In this document: piece after piece, positions 8,117 through 16,944 of the stretch | Numbering within the stretch: the stretch's first letter is position 1 | How the letters are laid out: each line of letters starts with the position of its first letter | Origin: Planctomycetes bacterium GWC2_45_44 | GTDB lineage: Bacteria > Planctomycetota > Phycisphaerae > Sedimentisphaerales > UBA12454 | Length of the DNA: 48,944 nucleotides | Assembly (NCBI GenBank): GCA_001824555.1 | Contig: MHXU01000100.1 | Location: 1-48,944, forward strand | Direction: 5' to 3' | The notes under the pieces: generated by a model | Told to the model about the DNA's origin: nothing | The model's input: only the letters and a program-made list of their open reading frames with translations | Databases searched by the model: none | Program-made: the position numbers and the translations under genes

Positions 8117-8905
8117 CCTGATACATCTCCATATATAATCGGTTATAGTTAGCCCCCAGCTTTATGCTGGGGGTTGCTTCGTGTCGATTCCCGCGACCGC
8201 TGTCATTGCGAGGAGGCCGAAAGGCCGACGCGGCAATCTCGTTTTGTAGGGTGGGCTTCAGCCCACGCGGTTATATCTGCATTCTCTTTTCATCAGACAA
8301 AATACCAAATATGCCTAAAGTATTCAAGCTCTTTCCCCGCAAAATCCTGTTGCACCCCTCCGCAAATACCAGCGTCTGCCATTTTAAAACCTGCGATTTC
8401 AAATTCCATTCATCTGCCCTGAAAGGGCATAACATATCAGCCCAGGGCAACGCCCTGGGTTAAAAAACAGTAAAAAATCCTAAGCCCTGAAAGGGCGTAA
8501 TAATCAATGTAGGTTTGTGGTTCAGTTCAGTAGGGTGGACAGATTTTCTGTCCACGTGGTTTTGCTTAGCCCCCGCACTTGCCTGTCCGTCCGAAGACTT
8601 GGCGAAGGCGGATGGCGGGGGTTGTTTTAAATTTCAAATCTCGATTCTCGTTTCTCTATTCCGTGCTTAGCCCCGCCAATACCTTGGCGGGGTCATCAGA
8701 GCCACAAGCGTAAGCGCGCGGTCATAAAAAATTGTAGGGTGGGCTCTTTTGTCGCGTCGTAGCTGTTAGCGAAGACGGAAGCCCACGCGGTTTTGTTTCA
8801 TTCTCCCTCATCAGAGCCGCAAGCGTAAGCGAGCGGTCATTTAATATCTCATCGCCATCGGCGATTCCACAATTATTCATTATTCATTATTAATTATTCA
8901 CTGTT
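8117..8905. repeat. array of at least 12 GC-rich hairpin modules in an 873-bp gene-free gap
   Basis: Modules at 8149-8175, 8202-8240, 8245-8272, 8416-8428, 8441-8459, 8484-8496, 8530-8562, 8566-8623 (nested), 8667-8693, 8733-8792 (nested) and 8845-8872. The same families recur at 7554-7611, 13569-13583, 26221-26528 and 27134-27643. Confidence 0.85.
8302..8370 (+). repeat. 69-bp dispersed repeat, copy 1
   Basis: About 83% identical by hand alignment to 13595-13664 in the same orientation. Both copies lie shortly downstream of a gcccacgcggtt half-module. Confidence 0.75.
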
Positions 8906-8989
8906 TCTTCACCGCCGTCTGTAAATTTATTTCCGTTGTCTTTGAAAAAATTGAAAATAGAAATGCTTTTTCAACTGCCCAAACGGCCA

Positions 8990-9988
8990 CTATTTATTCC
9001 TTTTTTTTAGTTGTTTCTTATAGAATTCGTCATAGTCATTTGGCTGACGAGGGTAATAAGGTATTTCATTCAGCGAGTTAACGGTAATATAAAGGTCTTT
9101 ATATTTACGTTCAATTGAATCGAATGTAAATATCTGAGGCAACTGTTCTAAATATTTATCTATTGTTCCAAATTGATCTATCGGTATGAAATCAATCTTA
9201 TTCTGAAGATCTTTAAATACGATGGCTTGGAGAAAGTTAATATGCGTGCCGTTACAAGATTTAATTATCTTTCTTTTAAGTTCTTGTGAAGTATTTATGC
9301 CAAATATAATAGAAGAAATACAATTTAGTGACAATGGGAAAAGATATAGACCATCCCTGTCGCGATATGATGTCCTTTGTGCAGGAGGTTTATAGGTATC
9401 GCACTCGGTAAGCTGCCGAATAATTCTGTATTCTCTTTCGTATCTCCAATGCAGGGTCTTTCTTAGAAAAATGGCATCCCTGATTTTATGGAATGGGATA
9501 CTATTTCCTCCTTGATATAGCCTGTCCATATTAATCATATAGTCTCTGACATATTTGACTTTGTGTGCTCTGAGATTAACCCCTTCTATTAATTGTAATG
9601 TTGGCTTTGATTTGTCAGGTATGTTGAATTCTATGAGAATGCCATTGTGTCCATTTGCGTAATGACACCACATTTCAAAAGAATATGGATTGTCCGTAAG
9701 AGAGAGCATTCCAAAGTTGTTTATTCTTTGTTCTATCAAATTTAGACGTTCCCAATCGTGTATACTTGGGAATGTAATCTCATTGTATTTAAACCGTTTG
9801 AAGTTATCACCTTCTGGATCGAACCTAATAGCAGGATTGAACTCTAAAGGGTCGTTTAGTGCAGCAGGCTGTGTAAACCGTATTTTGTGATTCAGAAAGA
9901 TATCATCTATTATTTTAGGAGAATCTGATACGTATTTAAATAGTGTCCTTAGTTGTTCAATTTTCTTTTTTTCTGTACCCATCAACAC
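8990..9988 (-). CDS. DUF2971-family protein
   Basis: The motif string FTQPAALNDPLEF ... MWCHYANGHNGILIEF ... KTLHWRYEREYRI matches my recollection of the DUF2971 consensus. The gene is AT-rich; one sampled 60-nt line gave about 32% GC. Confidence 0.65.
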   Translation of the reverse strand: MLMGTEKKKIEQLRTLFKYVSDSPKIIDDIFLNHKIRFTQPAALNDPLEFNPAIRFDPEGDNFKRFKYNEITFPSIHDWERLNLIEQRINNFGMLSLTDNPYSFEMWCHYANGHNGILIEFNIPDKSKPTLQLIEGVNLRAHKVKYVRDYMINMDRLYQGGNSIPFHKIRDAIFLRKTLHWRYEREYRIIRQLTECDTYKPPAQRTSYRDRDGLYLFPLSLNCISSIIFGINTSQELKRKIIKSCNGTHINFLQAIVFKDLQNKIDFIPIDQFGTIDKYLEQLPQIFTFDSIERKYKDLYITVNSLNEIPYYPRQPNDYDEFYKKQLKKRNK

Positions 9989-10276
9989 TAATCCATATGA
10001 TATATCGTGGTATTATCAACTCTATTTGATATTAGTTTCGTTTCTTAATAGTATTATTTCAAATACCTGATAAATTACATATAGAAAAATTAAAGATTCA
10101 AAGGAAAAGGGTAAAAGTTAAAAGTGAAAAAAGTGTAGTTGGTTCGGGAACACCTACTTATTAATCAAGTTAAACAATTTATTTGCCAGTTCCGTGTCTA
10201 AGGTTTTTAAGATTTTGTATTGTTCGAGGGCTGAACCTATTTTTCTCATCCTCCCGATTATCGAGCATTCGGTTAT

Positions 10277-11923
10277 TCAATCACTAGCAAATCTGAGACT
10301 GTCTGCGGCCTTTTTAAATTTTAACTCAGATCTAAATAGTGTTTTCGCCGGGCCATACCCTTGAACCATATAAATTTTAGAACCATGTTTAAGGATTTTC
10401 GATAATTGAACCATTTCTGTGGTTTTCGAGGGATTTAATAATGGTATCCGATACCAACCATCTAAATCTTTTTCCACCCCCGCCAATTCTCTTTCAACTT
10501 CCACAGCCGTCTTATTCGGATAAAGAACACTTACATCGAAGATACCGAGGGAATGCCCCGCTTTGTTACTAAATATAACAATCAAACCTGTTTTAGGATT
10601 GTTTGTTTTATAAACATCCATATCCGTAGGTGGCCTTATTTGTAATCCTAATACTTTATCCTCCCAAGGTTCTTCTTTCAGTTGTGGTGCCAGTGGTATT
10701 AGATTGAAAGAGGCCACAAATTTATCAAATGAATAATCTGGTACTACGGTATTAGGATAAACCATTGTTAGCGACACAGAATCACCATCAACGATAAAAA
10801 CAATCCCTTTATGTAATATATCAACACCTTCAAAGACATCAATATATTCATAATTTCTTGCATTGAAACCACGAAAAACAAGTTGGTTGTTTGTGATAAC
10901 CCTACTATTTTCTGAAATCAACAGTCTGCCCGCTAAATGGCTATCCAAAAAAATCTTTTGAGATTCAGCACTTAAGAGTTTTTTGTCCAAATAGTTTAGA
11001 AAGACATTATATGACACCAACCCGTCGCTCGAGTTTGCTTGATAGTTCATAGTAGTTTGAATATCGCCCGTTACTTTGGTCAATGTAGGTTGCGAGGGGA
11101 ATGTAACGGAAAATCCGTTTTTATCCGATGTGTATTTAGTTGGAGCATTATCTATCCTCTCAGCGAATTCCTTGATTACATCATCTTTTGATATTGCTCT
11201 GAGTTCCCGGGCAATTTCAGATGCTATCTGGCTTGTATCAACATTTGCATCTATTGTCAACGAAGCGTATGATTCAGATAAGGCTGTTTTGGCGGTTTCT
11301 TTTAGGGCAATGATTTTGTCGCTGGGAATCGCAAAATTGAGATTCTGGCCTTTTGTTACGATAAGGGTAGCAATGCCTATCACCTCACCTTTGCTGTTGA
11401 TAACCGGACTTCCGCTTGAGCCGGGCGAAATCGGAACGGTTATCTGGAGTATTTTGCCAAAAGCCGGAATATCTCGAACTGCCGATACGATACCGCTCGA
11501 TACGGTTGATTCAAGGCCGAGGGGATTACCTATAACAAAAATATCCTCACCTTCAGAAGGTACATTCACGCTAAGGTTCAAGAATGTTACATTGGCATCC
11601 GGCAGGTTCACGACGAGTTTGACAATATCGGCCTCGGTGTCTTTGGCAACAATACCCTGCACCGGATATTCATTGCCTGTCGAGGTTTTAACAGTCGCCG
11701 AATAAGCGCCTTCGATAACGTGATAGTTCGTGATAAGCCTGCCTTTATTATCTATGAAGAATCCGCTTCCCTGACCGATTGGCTTGTTGTCCTTATCGAA
11801 AGTCGAAATAAGAACGACGCTGGGCTTAACTTTTTTTACTAAATCTACAAGTTTTTCATCAGCCTTTGCGACAGTCGAACCAACCGCAATTATACAGACC
11901 AATATGAGAGTTAGTTTCCTCAT
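10277..11923 (-). CDS. secreted trypsin-like (S1C) serine protease with an unassigned ~330-aa C-terminal region
   Basis: Signal peptide MRKLTLILVCIIAVGSTVAKA. Catalytic triad contexts TNYHVI, EADIVKL and GSSGSPV. No PDZ-like segment recognisable after aa ~215. Confidence 0.8.
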   Translation of the reverse strand: MRKLTLILVCIIAVGSTVAKADEKLVDLVKKVKPSVVLISTFDKDNKPIGQGSGFFIDNKGRLITNYHVIEGAYSATVKTSTGNEYPVQGIVAKDTEADIVKLVVNLPDANVTFLNLSVNVPSEGEDIFVIGNPLGLESTVSSGIVSAVRDIPAFGKILQITVPISPGSSGSPVINSKGEVIGIATLIVTKGQNLNFAIPSDKIIALKETAKTALSESYASLTIDANVDTSQIASEIARELRAISKDDVIKEFAERIDNAPTKYTSDKNGFSVTFPSQPTLTKVTGDIQTTMNYQANSSDGLVSYNVFLNYLDKKLLSAESQKIFLDSHLAGRLLISENSRVITNNQLVFRGFNARNYEYIDVFEGVDILHKGIVFIVDGDSVSLTMVYPNTVVPDYSFDKFVASFNLIPLAPQLKEEPWEDKVLGLQIRPPTDMDVYKTNNPKTGLIVIFSNKAGHSLGIFDVSVLYPNKTAVEVERELAGVEKDLDGWYRIPLLNPSKTTEMVQLSKILKHGSKIYMVQGYGPAKTLFRSELKFKKAADSLRFASD

Positions 11924-12002
11924 TTATTCTGCCTTTCAAAACCTCAATTTTTATCAGGTACAAGTATATTCTGCGGCATATGAATAATCAATAAAAAACA
12001 TT

Positions 12003-13388
12003 CTCAAACTTAGGGGTTTTCCTGTAATGACAGACGCAGCAAATCTTTATACCGCCAAAAACAGGTATTTACCGCTTCCGTCAGGCCCGCTTTCAAACGA
12101 TACAAAATAAATTCCGGCTTATCCGGCAGCGGTTGGCTAAGGTAAACTAATCTATCACAGATACTCGGAGCTGTTTCGACAAGCCAGCCTAAATATGTCA
12201 TCACCAGTACCGCCAGCAATACCAGCCGGCAAATCGCATTCCAGCTAAACGTTCTTATTTTTTCAAGGTTCACCTGATTTTTCAGGAAGCGAATCGCCTC
12301 TTCACATTCCCACCTGCGTATATAGAGACGCAATACTTTTTCGGCATCATCAAAATCCTCCACAGCCAAATTCGTCAGCAGCATCATCGGCTTATCCACG
12401 CCGGGGAGTCTGGAAACAACCATTGTCAATTCTTCCTCCCGTTCGGGCAGACGAACTTTTGTCCAGCCTATCTGTGTTATACGAATTGTCGGTTTGCCGC
12501 GACGTTTGACAAGTTTATGAAAACGATGCGGCGATGGAACCTGCTCGGCGAGTGAATCTGCACGAATGACTGTTTGCCCGGAACCCTCGTAAACCACCGT
12601 CAAATTCCTGTTTCCTACAAGTCTGGCAACAAAGCGAAAGTGATTATCCAGCCAGTCGTCAAACATAACCCGGCTGTCAAACCCTCTGTCGATTACCAGT
12701 ACACCGTGGTTGCCTGTAAGCTCAAAAATCTTATGGATGGCATTAAGAACTATGGGGTTTTGTCCGGGGCTGCAGGGTTCTTCATGGCTGAACGGTTCCA
12801 GCAATAACGGAACAGGATTTTTTCGGCTAAGCGATGCGTACAATTCAACTAACCAATAACCATTGACCAACTGGCCGCTGCTGCCATCGCGAACCGTAGC
12901 TATATAATCCATCTTCTTTGCCAGCGGCTTGGCAATGTCTGAAAGGTCGAGAATTATCGGCGTATCATCCTTAATAAATGGCAGCCATGTATGCGGCAGT
13001 TCAGCCTTAATTTTATTGTCGAAGCTGCTGTTCTTTACAAGGTGAGCTTCGAGTCTGTCTAACCGTGAGAGGAATTTTGTCCGCTGGTTGGGCAGATGCC
13101 TTGCCATCTGACAGACGATGGGCTTGCCGCAGCGAATAAGACCTATGAGGCTGTCTCGAATGAACTTTTTGTCCGGCAGTGGTAAATTGTTTGTGATTTT
13201 TTTGAGAAAGTCGTTTAGGTTTGACGATATAGATTCCATTAAAGCAACGCGTTTAAGCATAACGCACCTCCTTGTGTAATAAGGGTTTACAAAATTGGTT
13301 TCTATCCCCTTATATCGTCAAACACGAGGAGTGCGCTTTGAGTGAAATACCCCCTTAAAAAACTTCCTAAAAAAGCCCTAAGTTTGAG
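12003..13388 (-). mobile_element. intact IS4-family insertion sequence (1386 bp)
   Basis: Terminal inverted repeats ctcaaacttaggg (12003-12015) / ccctaagtttgag (13376-13388), extending imperfectly to ~22 bp. 8-bp direct repeat aaaacatt at 11995-12002 and 13389-13396. Single DDE transposase ORF inside. Confidence 0.85.
12010..13260 (-). CDS. IS4-family DDE transposase
   Basis: VLVIDRGFD (first D) and an exact Y-x2-R-x3-E-x6-K signature (YIRRWECEEAIRFLK). The stop codon lies inside the left IR. Confidence 0.85.
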   Translation of the reverse strand: MLKRVALMESISSNLNDFLKKITNNLPLPDKKFIRDSLIGLIRCGKPIVCQMARHLPNQRTKFLSRLDRLEAHLVKNSSFDNKIKAELPHTWLPFIKDDTPIILDLSDIAKPLAKKMDYIATVRDGSSGQLVNGYWLVELYASLSRKNPVPLLLEPFSHEEPCSPGQNPIVLNAIHKIFELTGNHGVLVIDRGFDSRVMFDDWLDNHFRFVARLVGNRNLTVVYEGSGQTVIRADSLAEQVPSPHRFHKLVKRRGKPTIRITQIGWTKVRLPEREEELTMVVSRLPGVDKPMMLLTNLAVEDFDDAEKVLRLYIRRWECEEAIRFLKNQVNLEKIRTFSWNAICRLVLLAVLVMTYLGWLVETAPSICDRLVYLSQPLPDKPEFILYRLKAGLTEAVNTCFWRYKDLLRLSLQENP

Positions 13389-13487
13389 AAAACATTTGCG
13401 TAATTCCGCGTTAATCCGTGTCTAAAAAATCTTCGTGCCTTTGTGCCTTTTTTACAAAACCGCATCAAAATTGATTAAAAACAACAA

Positions 13488-13523
13488 AAATTCCGTGAAA
13501 TCCGCGCAATCCGCGGTTATACT
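13488..13523 (+). promoter_or_regulatory. 35-nt promoter-like motif, copy B (aaattccgtgaaatccgcgcaatccgcggttatact)
   Basis: GTGAAA, 17-nt spacer, TATACT. Contains the tandem aatccgcg-c-aatccgcg. Lies 266 nt upstream of the comEC ATG. Confidence 0.35.
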
Positions 13524-13594
13524 AATCTCTGTGATCTCTGCCTGCCCGACATAGCTTTAGCGGCGGCGGAAGCCCACGCGGTTAAGATTCAAAG

Positions 13595-13664
13595 ATTACC
13601 AAATATACCTGAAATACTCAAGCCCTTTCCTCACAAAATCCCATTGCACACATCCGCAAATACC
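13595..13664 (+). repeat. 69-bp dispersed repeat, copy 2
   Basis: See 8302-8370. Confidence 0.75.
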
Positions 13665-13788
13665 GCTATCATATAGTTAGTACTACTACGCTATTTGTGC
13701 TTTTGTTAATTGATACAAGCGTATTTCGTTGTTTTTTTCGCTTCACGCTTCACGAACAACGAAACACGAAGCCCTCTGTGGCTATTCT

Positions 13789-16272
13789 ATGGACGAAATT
13801 CGTAAAAAAATCGAGGAGTTTCAAAACCAGCTTACGCCCTGGCCGAGCAGGCTCAAACAATCGCTACTCTCCTGCCCTGCCGTTTTGCCCGCTACCGCTC
13901 CTATAATCGGCGTTATCCTGCAATTTTATTTTAATTTCCCGCCGATTGTCTGGGCAATTATTTTTGTCATTTGCTTTATCTCATACTTTTTACTCATAAA
14001 AAACGCCAATCTGATTTTCATTTCCGTTCTCTTATGCTTCGCCTGTCTCGGCGGATTTAGACTTTTATATTTCGCTCGCCCTGCCCAAAATGACATTCGC
14101 ACAATCGCTATAGAAAACTTCACTTTCGCCCGCATAAAAGCCAAAGTCATTTCGCAGCCTGTTGTCGTAAAAGCCGACGAACGCTGGTATTTCTCTAAAT
14201 ACGCTCAAAACCTGCCATACACATCATTTTACGCAAAGGTATATTCCGCCAAAACCGCCGCGGGCTGGACAAACGCCACAGGCACAATAAAATTTTACAT
14301 CTCCGAAGACACAAACTGCGTAAAAATCGGCGACAGCTTTGAAACATTCTGCAAGCTCCAGAAATTCCAATCCGCCGACAACCCCGGCCAATTCGATACT
14401 GCCGAATATATGAGACGAAACAACGTTTATCTTTCCGCCTCCATCAAATCCGCAAACGCAATTACAATTATAGACTCCCCACACTCCCCAAAAATCGCGA
14501 CAATCAGCATAAAACAAAAACTGCAAAAATTAGCGTCCTGCGCAATCATTGACGATTCACAGGATAACGACTCGACATCTTTGATTAAAGCGATGCTGCT
14601 CGGCAGCAGAACCAAAATAACGCCAAAACTCTATAACGCCTTTATAAGCACAGGATTGGTACATTTAGTCGCCCTTTCAGGTTTTAATGTCGGCATTCTG
14701 GCCGCTCTTGCGTGGTGGCTCGCCAAGAGACTTGGCCTCCTGCATATAGGCCGGGCAATCGTCTGCATTACAGCGGTAATAGTATTTCTCTTAGTCGTAC
14801 CCGCCCAGCCCTCTACGCTGCGAGCGGGAATTATGGCTGCTGTTTTCTGCACAAGCTATATGTTCAATGTTCGCACAAATCCGAAAAACAGCTTAGCGAT
14901 TTCTGCGATTGTTCTTTTACTCATAAAACCAACGGATATTTTTGACGCGGGCTTTCAATTATCTTTTGCCGCGACTGCCGGCATAATTTTATTTTATACA
15001 CCGTTTTTAAATTTTATTATGCTGCCGTTTGAAAATTTAAAAAATCCTTTTCTTTACAAATTTTTAAAAATTATTCTCGCCGCATTCTCAACCGGCTGTA
15101 CCGCATGGCTGGCAGCTGCGCCGGTAATTGCCTGGCATTTTTATCGAATTCAACTACTTGCGCCTTTCTGGGCTGTTCCCGCTGGTTTTCTCGTTGCGAT
15201 AATTTTAGTACTCGGCACATTTCAAATTCTGCTCGCTTTTATTTTGCCGACAATTTCAACAGGTCTGCTCTGCTTTTTAACTTTTTTAGCTGACATTTTT
15301 TCAGATTTTGTAATGGCCTGCGCCAAAATTCCATTCTCGCAAATTTTAATCGGCAAACCTCGGCTTGCGATAATTTTGGCGATTTGCCTGCTGATTTTTT
15401 TGTGGAAATTGCTCAATTTCAGACGATTTTTCGTTAATTTCATCTATTTTTTCGTGATTTTCTTGCTATTTTTTGCGATTTTTTGCGAAAATTTGACAAA
15501 ATTTGACAAAAACTTGCGCGTTTGGCTGCTTTCAGTCGGACACGGCCAAGCCGCTATCCTCCATATTAATGGAAAAACAACGCTCATTGACGCAGGCTCA
15601 ATAAGCCAAAACAACATCGGCGGCAATATCGTAAATCCATTTTTAAATTATTTCGCCATAAATAAAATAGAGTCAGCATTCATAAGTCACGATGACATAG
15701 ACCATTACAACGGTTTGCCGGAAATAATAACCAGCCATAAATGCCAAAATATCTACACAGCCGACCAATTCATTCAAAAAATTAATAACTCTCCTGCCGC
15801 AATGGACTTAAAACGCTTTTTATCTAACCAAAAACTCACTTTGCAGCTGGCACCGAAGAAACAATTTATTGGCGGAGCGGAGATTACTTTGCTTTGGCCT
15901 AACGAGTTGTCAAATATGGAGTTAGGTTCTGATAACGAGGCATCGTTAGTCATTTTGGTCGAGTATGCGGGCAGAAAAATTCTGTTCTGCTCCGACATCC
16001 CTGCTGATATACAGAAAGAGCTGATGAATTTATATCCTGACCTGGATATTGATATAATGCTCACACCGCACCACGGCTCACAACGTACTACGGATAATGA
16101 CTTTATAACGTTTTTCAGGCCGGAATATTTGATTACGAGCTGTGCGGAATTTCGCTTTGCCGGCTTGAGCGAGCGGATAAAAAACTTTGAAAACAGTTTT
16201 TATACCTGTAAAGACGGCGCAATTTTTGTGAAAATAACGCCCAACGGCAAAATAAAAATCAACAAGAAATAG
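13789..16272 (+). CDS. comEC: DNA internalization-related competence protein ComEC/Rec2
   Basis: Polytopic competence domain (GLVHLVALSGFNVG) plus a C-terminal metallo-beta-lactamase domain (ISHDDIDHYNG, TPHHGS). I prefer the ATG at 13789 (MDEIRK) over the track start 13729, which lies in repeat DNA. Confidence 0.85.
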   Translation: MDEIRKKIEEFQNQLTPWPSRLKQSLLSCPAVLPATAPIIGVILQFYFNFPPIVWAIIFVICFISYFLLIKNANLIFISVLLCFACLGGFRLLYFARPAQNDIRTIAIENFTFARIKAKVISQPVVVKADERWYFSKYAQNLPYTSFYAKVYSAKTAAGWTNATGTIKFYISEDTNCVKIGDSFETFCKLQKFQSADNPGQFDTAEYMRRNNVYLSASIKSANAITIIDSPHSPKIATISIKQKLQKLASCAIIDDSQDNDSTSLIKAMLLGSRTKITPKLYNAFISTGLVHLVALSGFNVGILAALAWWLAKRLGLLHIGRAIVCITAVIVFLLVVPAQPSTLRAGIMAAVFCTSYMFNVRTNPKNSLAISAIVLLLIKPTDIFDAGFQLSFAATAGIILFYTPFLNFIMLPFENLKNPFLYKFLKIILAAFSTGCTAWLAAAPVIAWHFYRIQLLAPFWAVPAGFLVAIILVLGTFQILLAFILPTISTGLLCFLTFLADIFSDFVMACAKIPFSQILIGKPRLAIILAICLLIFLWKLLNFRRFFVNFIYFFVIFLLFFAIFCENLTKFDKNLRVWLLSVGHGQAAILHINGKTTLIDAGSISQNNIGGNIVNPFLNYFAINKIESAFISHDDIDHYNGLPEIITSHKCQNIYTADQFIQKINNSPAAMDLKRFLSNQKLTLQLAPKKQFIGGAEITLLWPNELSNMELGSDNEASLVILVEYAGRKILFCSDIPADIQKELMNLYPDLDIDIMLTPHHGSQRTTDNDFITFFRPEYLITSCAEFRFAGLSERIKNFENSFYTCKDGAIFVKITPNGKIKINKK

Positions 16273-16366
16273 GGTCTCTAACACGAAAAATAATTGCCGA
16301 GCGGTTATTGTATGTTGTGGATTTCTCTGTACAATATGCAAGTTATGATTTTTAGGGAATGCGAGT

Positions 16367-16771
16367 ATGGAAGCAAACTGGCAGGATGTCTTATCGCTTG
16401 CGATTTCAGCGGTTCTCGGCAGTATAATAGGTTATGAACGGCATATTCACGACAAGCCGGCCGGGCTGCGCACCAACGCGCTGATTTGCCTCGGCTCCTG
16501 CGTTTTTACGATTATTTCGACAAGTTTGCCGGGTTCGGACACGGGCAGAATAGCGGCGCAAATCGTTACCGGCATTGGCTTTCTGGGCGCAGGTGCCATA
16601 ATTCAAAGCGGCGGAAGCGTCCACGGCCTGACCACCGCTGCAGGGGTTTGGATTGTCGCGGCTATCGGTATGGCCTGCGGAGCAAAAATGTATTTTATAG
16701 CTCTAATCGCTACCGCTGTAACGTTAGCTATCCTGATTTTACTGCCGCCGATTGAAAAAAAAGTTCGATAA
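16367..16771 (+). CDS. mgtC: MgtC/SapB-family membrane protein, short form (134 aa)
   Basis: GYERHIHDKPAGLRTNALICLGSCVF and GIGFLGAG motifs. The protein consists only of the membrane domain, with no C-terminal soluble domain. Confidence 0.8.
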   Translation: MEANWQDVLSLAISAVLGSIIGYERHIHDKPAGLRTNALICLGSCVFTIISTSLPGSDTGRIAAQIVTGIGFLGAGAIIQSGGSVHGLTTAAGVWIVAAIGMACGAKMYFIALIATAVTLAILILLPPIEKKVR

Positions 16772-16944
16772 TAAGTAAAAAACGCGGTTTTGCGTCCTGT
16801 CGGCGGAAAAATCATTTCGGATATTTTTTCATTATTTACCCCCTGTTTTGTCGATTAACTTTTATATTGACTTATCCGGTGTTCGGCATAAGCTATGGCC
16901 TTTATAATTTTTTATAAGAAGTATGCTTCAGGTGGAATCGGCTA

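Larger units (their letters stand above)
13391..13700. repeat. mosaic of dispersed repeat words between the IS and comEC
   Basis: Shares aaaaccgcatcaaaa, the 35-nt ccgtgaaatccgcg motif, cttcgtgcc words, a tctctgtg array, a gaagcccacgcggtt half-hairpin and the 69-bp repeat with 8245-8370 and 30215-30500. Confidence 0.7.

Noticed and set aside
8164-8463. ORFs of 82-99 aa inside the hairpin array (also 7455-7676, 26276-26536 and 27512-27787).
   Set aside because: They are composed almost entirely of translated palindromic repeat modules (CRVGFSPR, VIPAKAGIQ and similar). They lack RBS context and overlap one another, so I treat them as repeat artefacts rather than genes.
8117-8905. Possible CRISPR array, because of the many short palindromic repeats.
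   Set aside because: The repeats belong to several different families, vary in length and spacing, are often adjacent or nested, and have no regular repeat-spacer periodicity. No cas genes are present in the window.
13729-13788. Upstream-extended starts given by the ORF track for comEC (13729), atpH (18789), atpC (23445) and alsD (30753).
   Set aside because: The extensions overlap the preceding gene or repeat DNA and add atypical residues. Internal ATGs with operon-style ATGA overlaps or a ggaga RBS give canonical N-termini.
16867-16908. Sigma70-like promoter for the atp operon (TTGACT, 16-nt spacer, TAAGCT; also TATAAT at 16903-16908).
   Set aside because: The -10 match is weak for the first candidate, and the TATAAT lacks a credible -35. 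Neither is supportable without transcription-start data.
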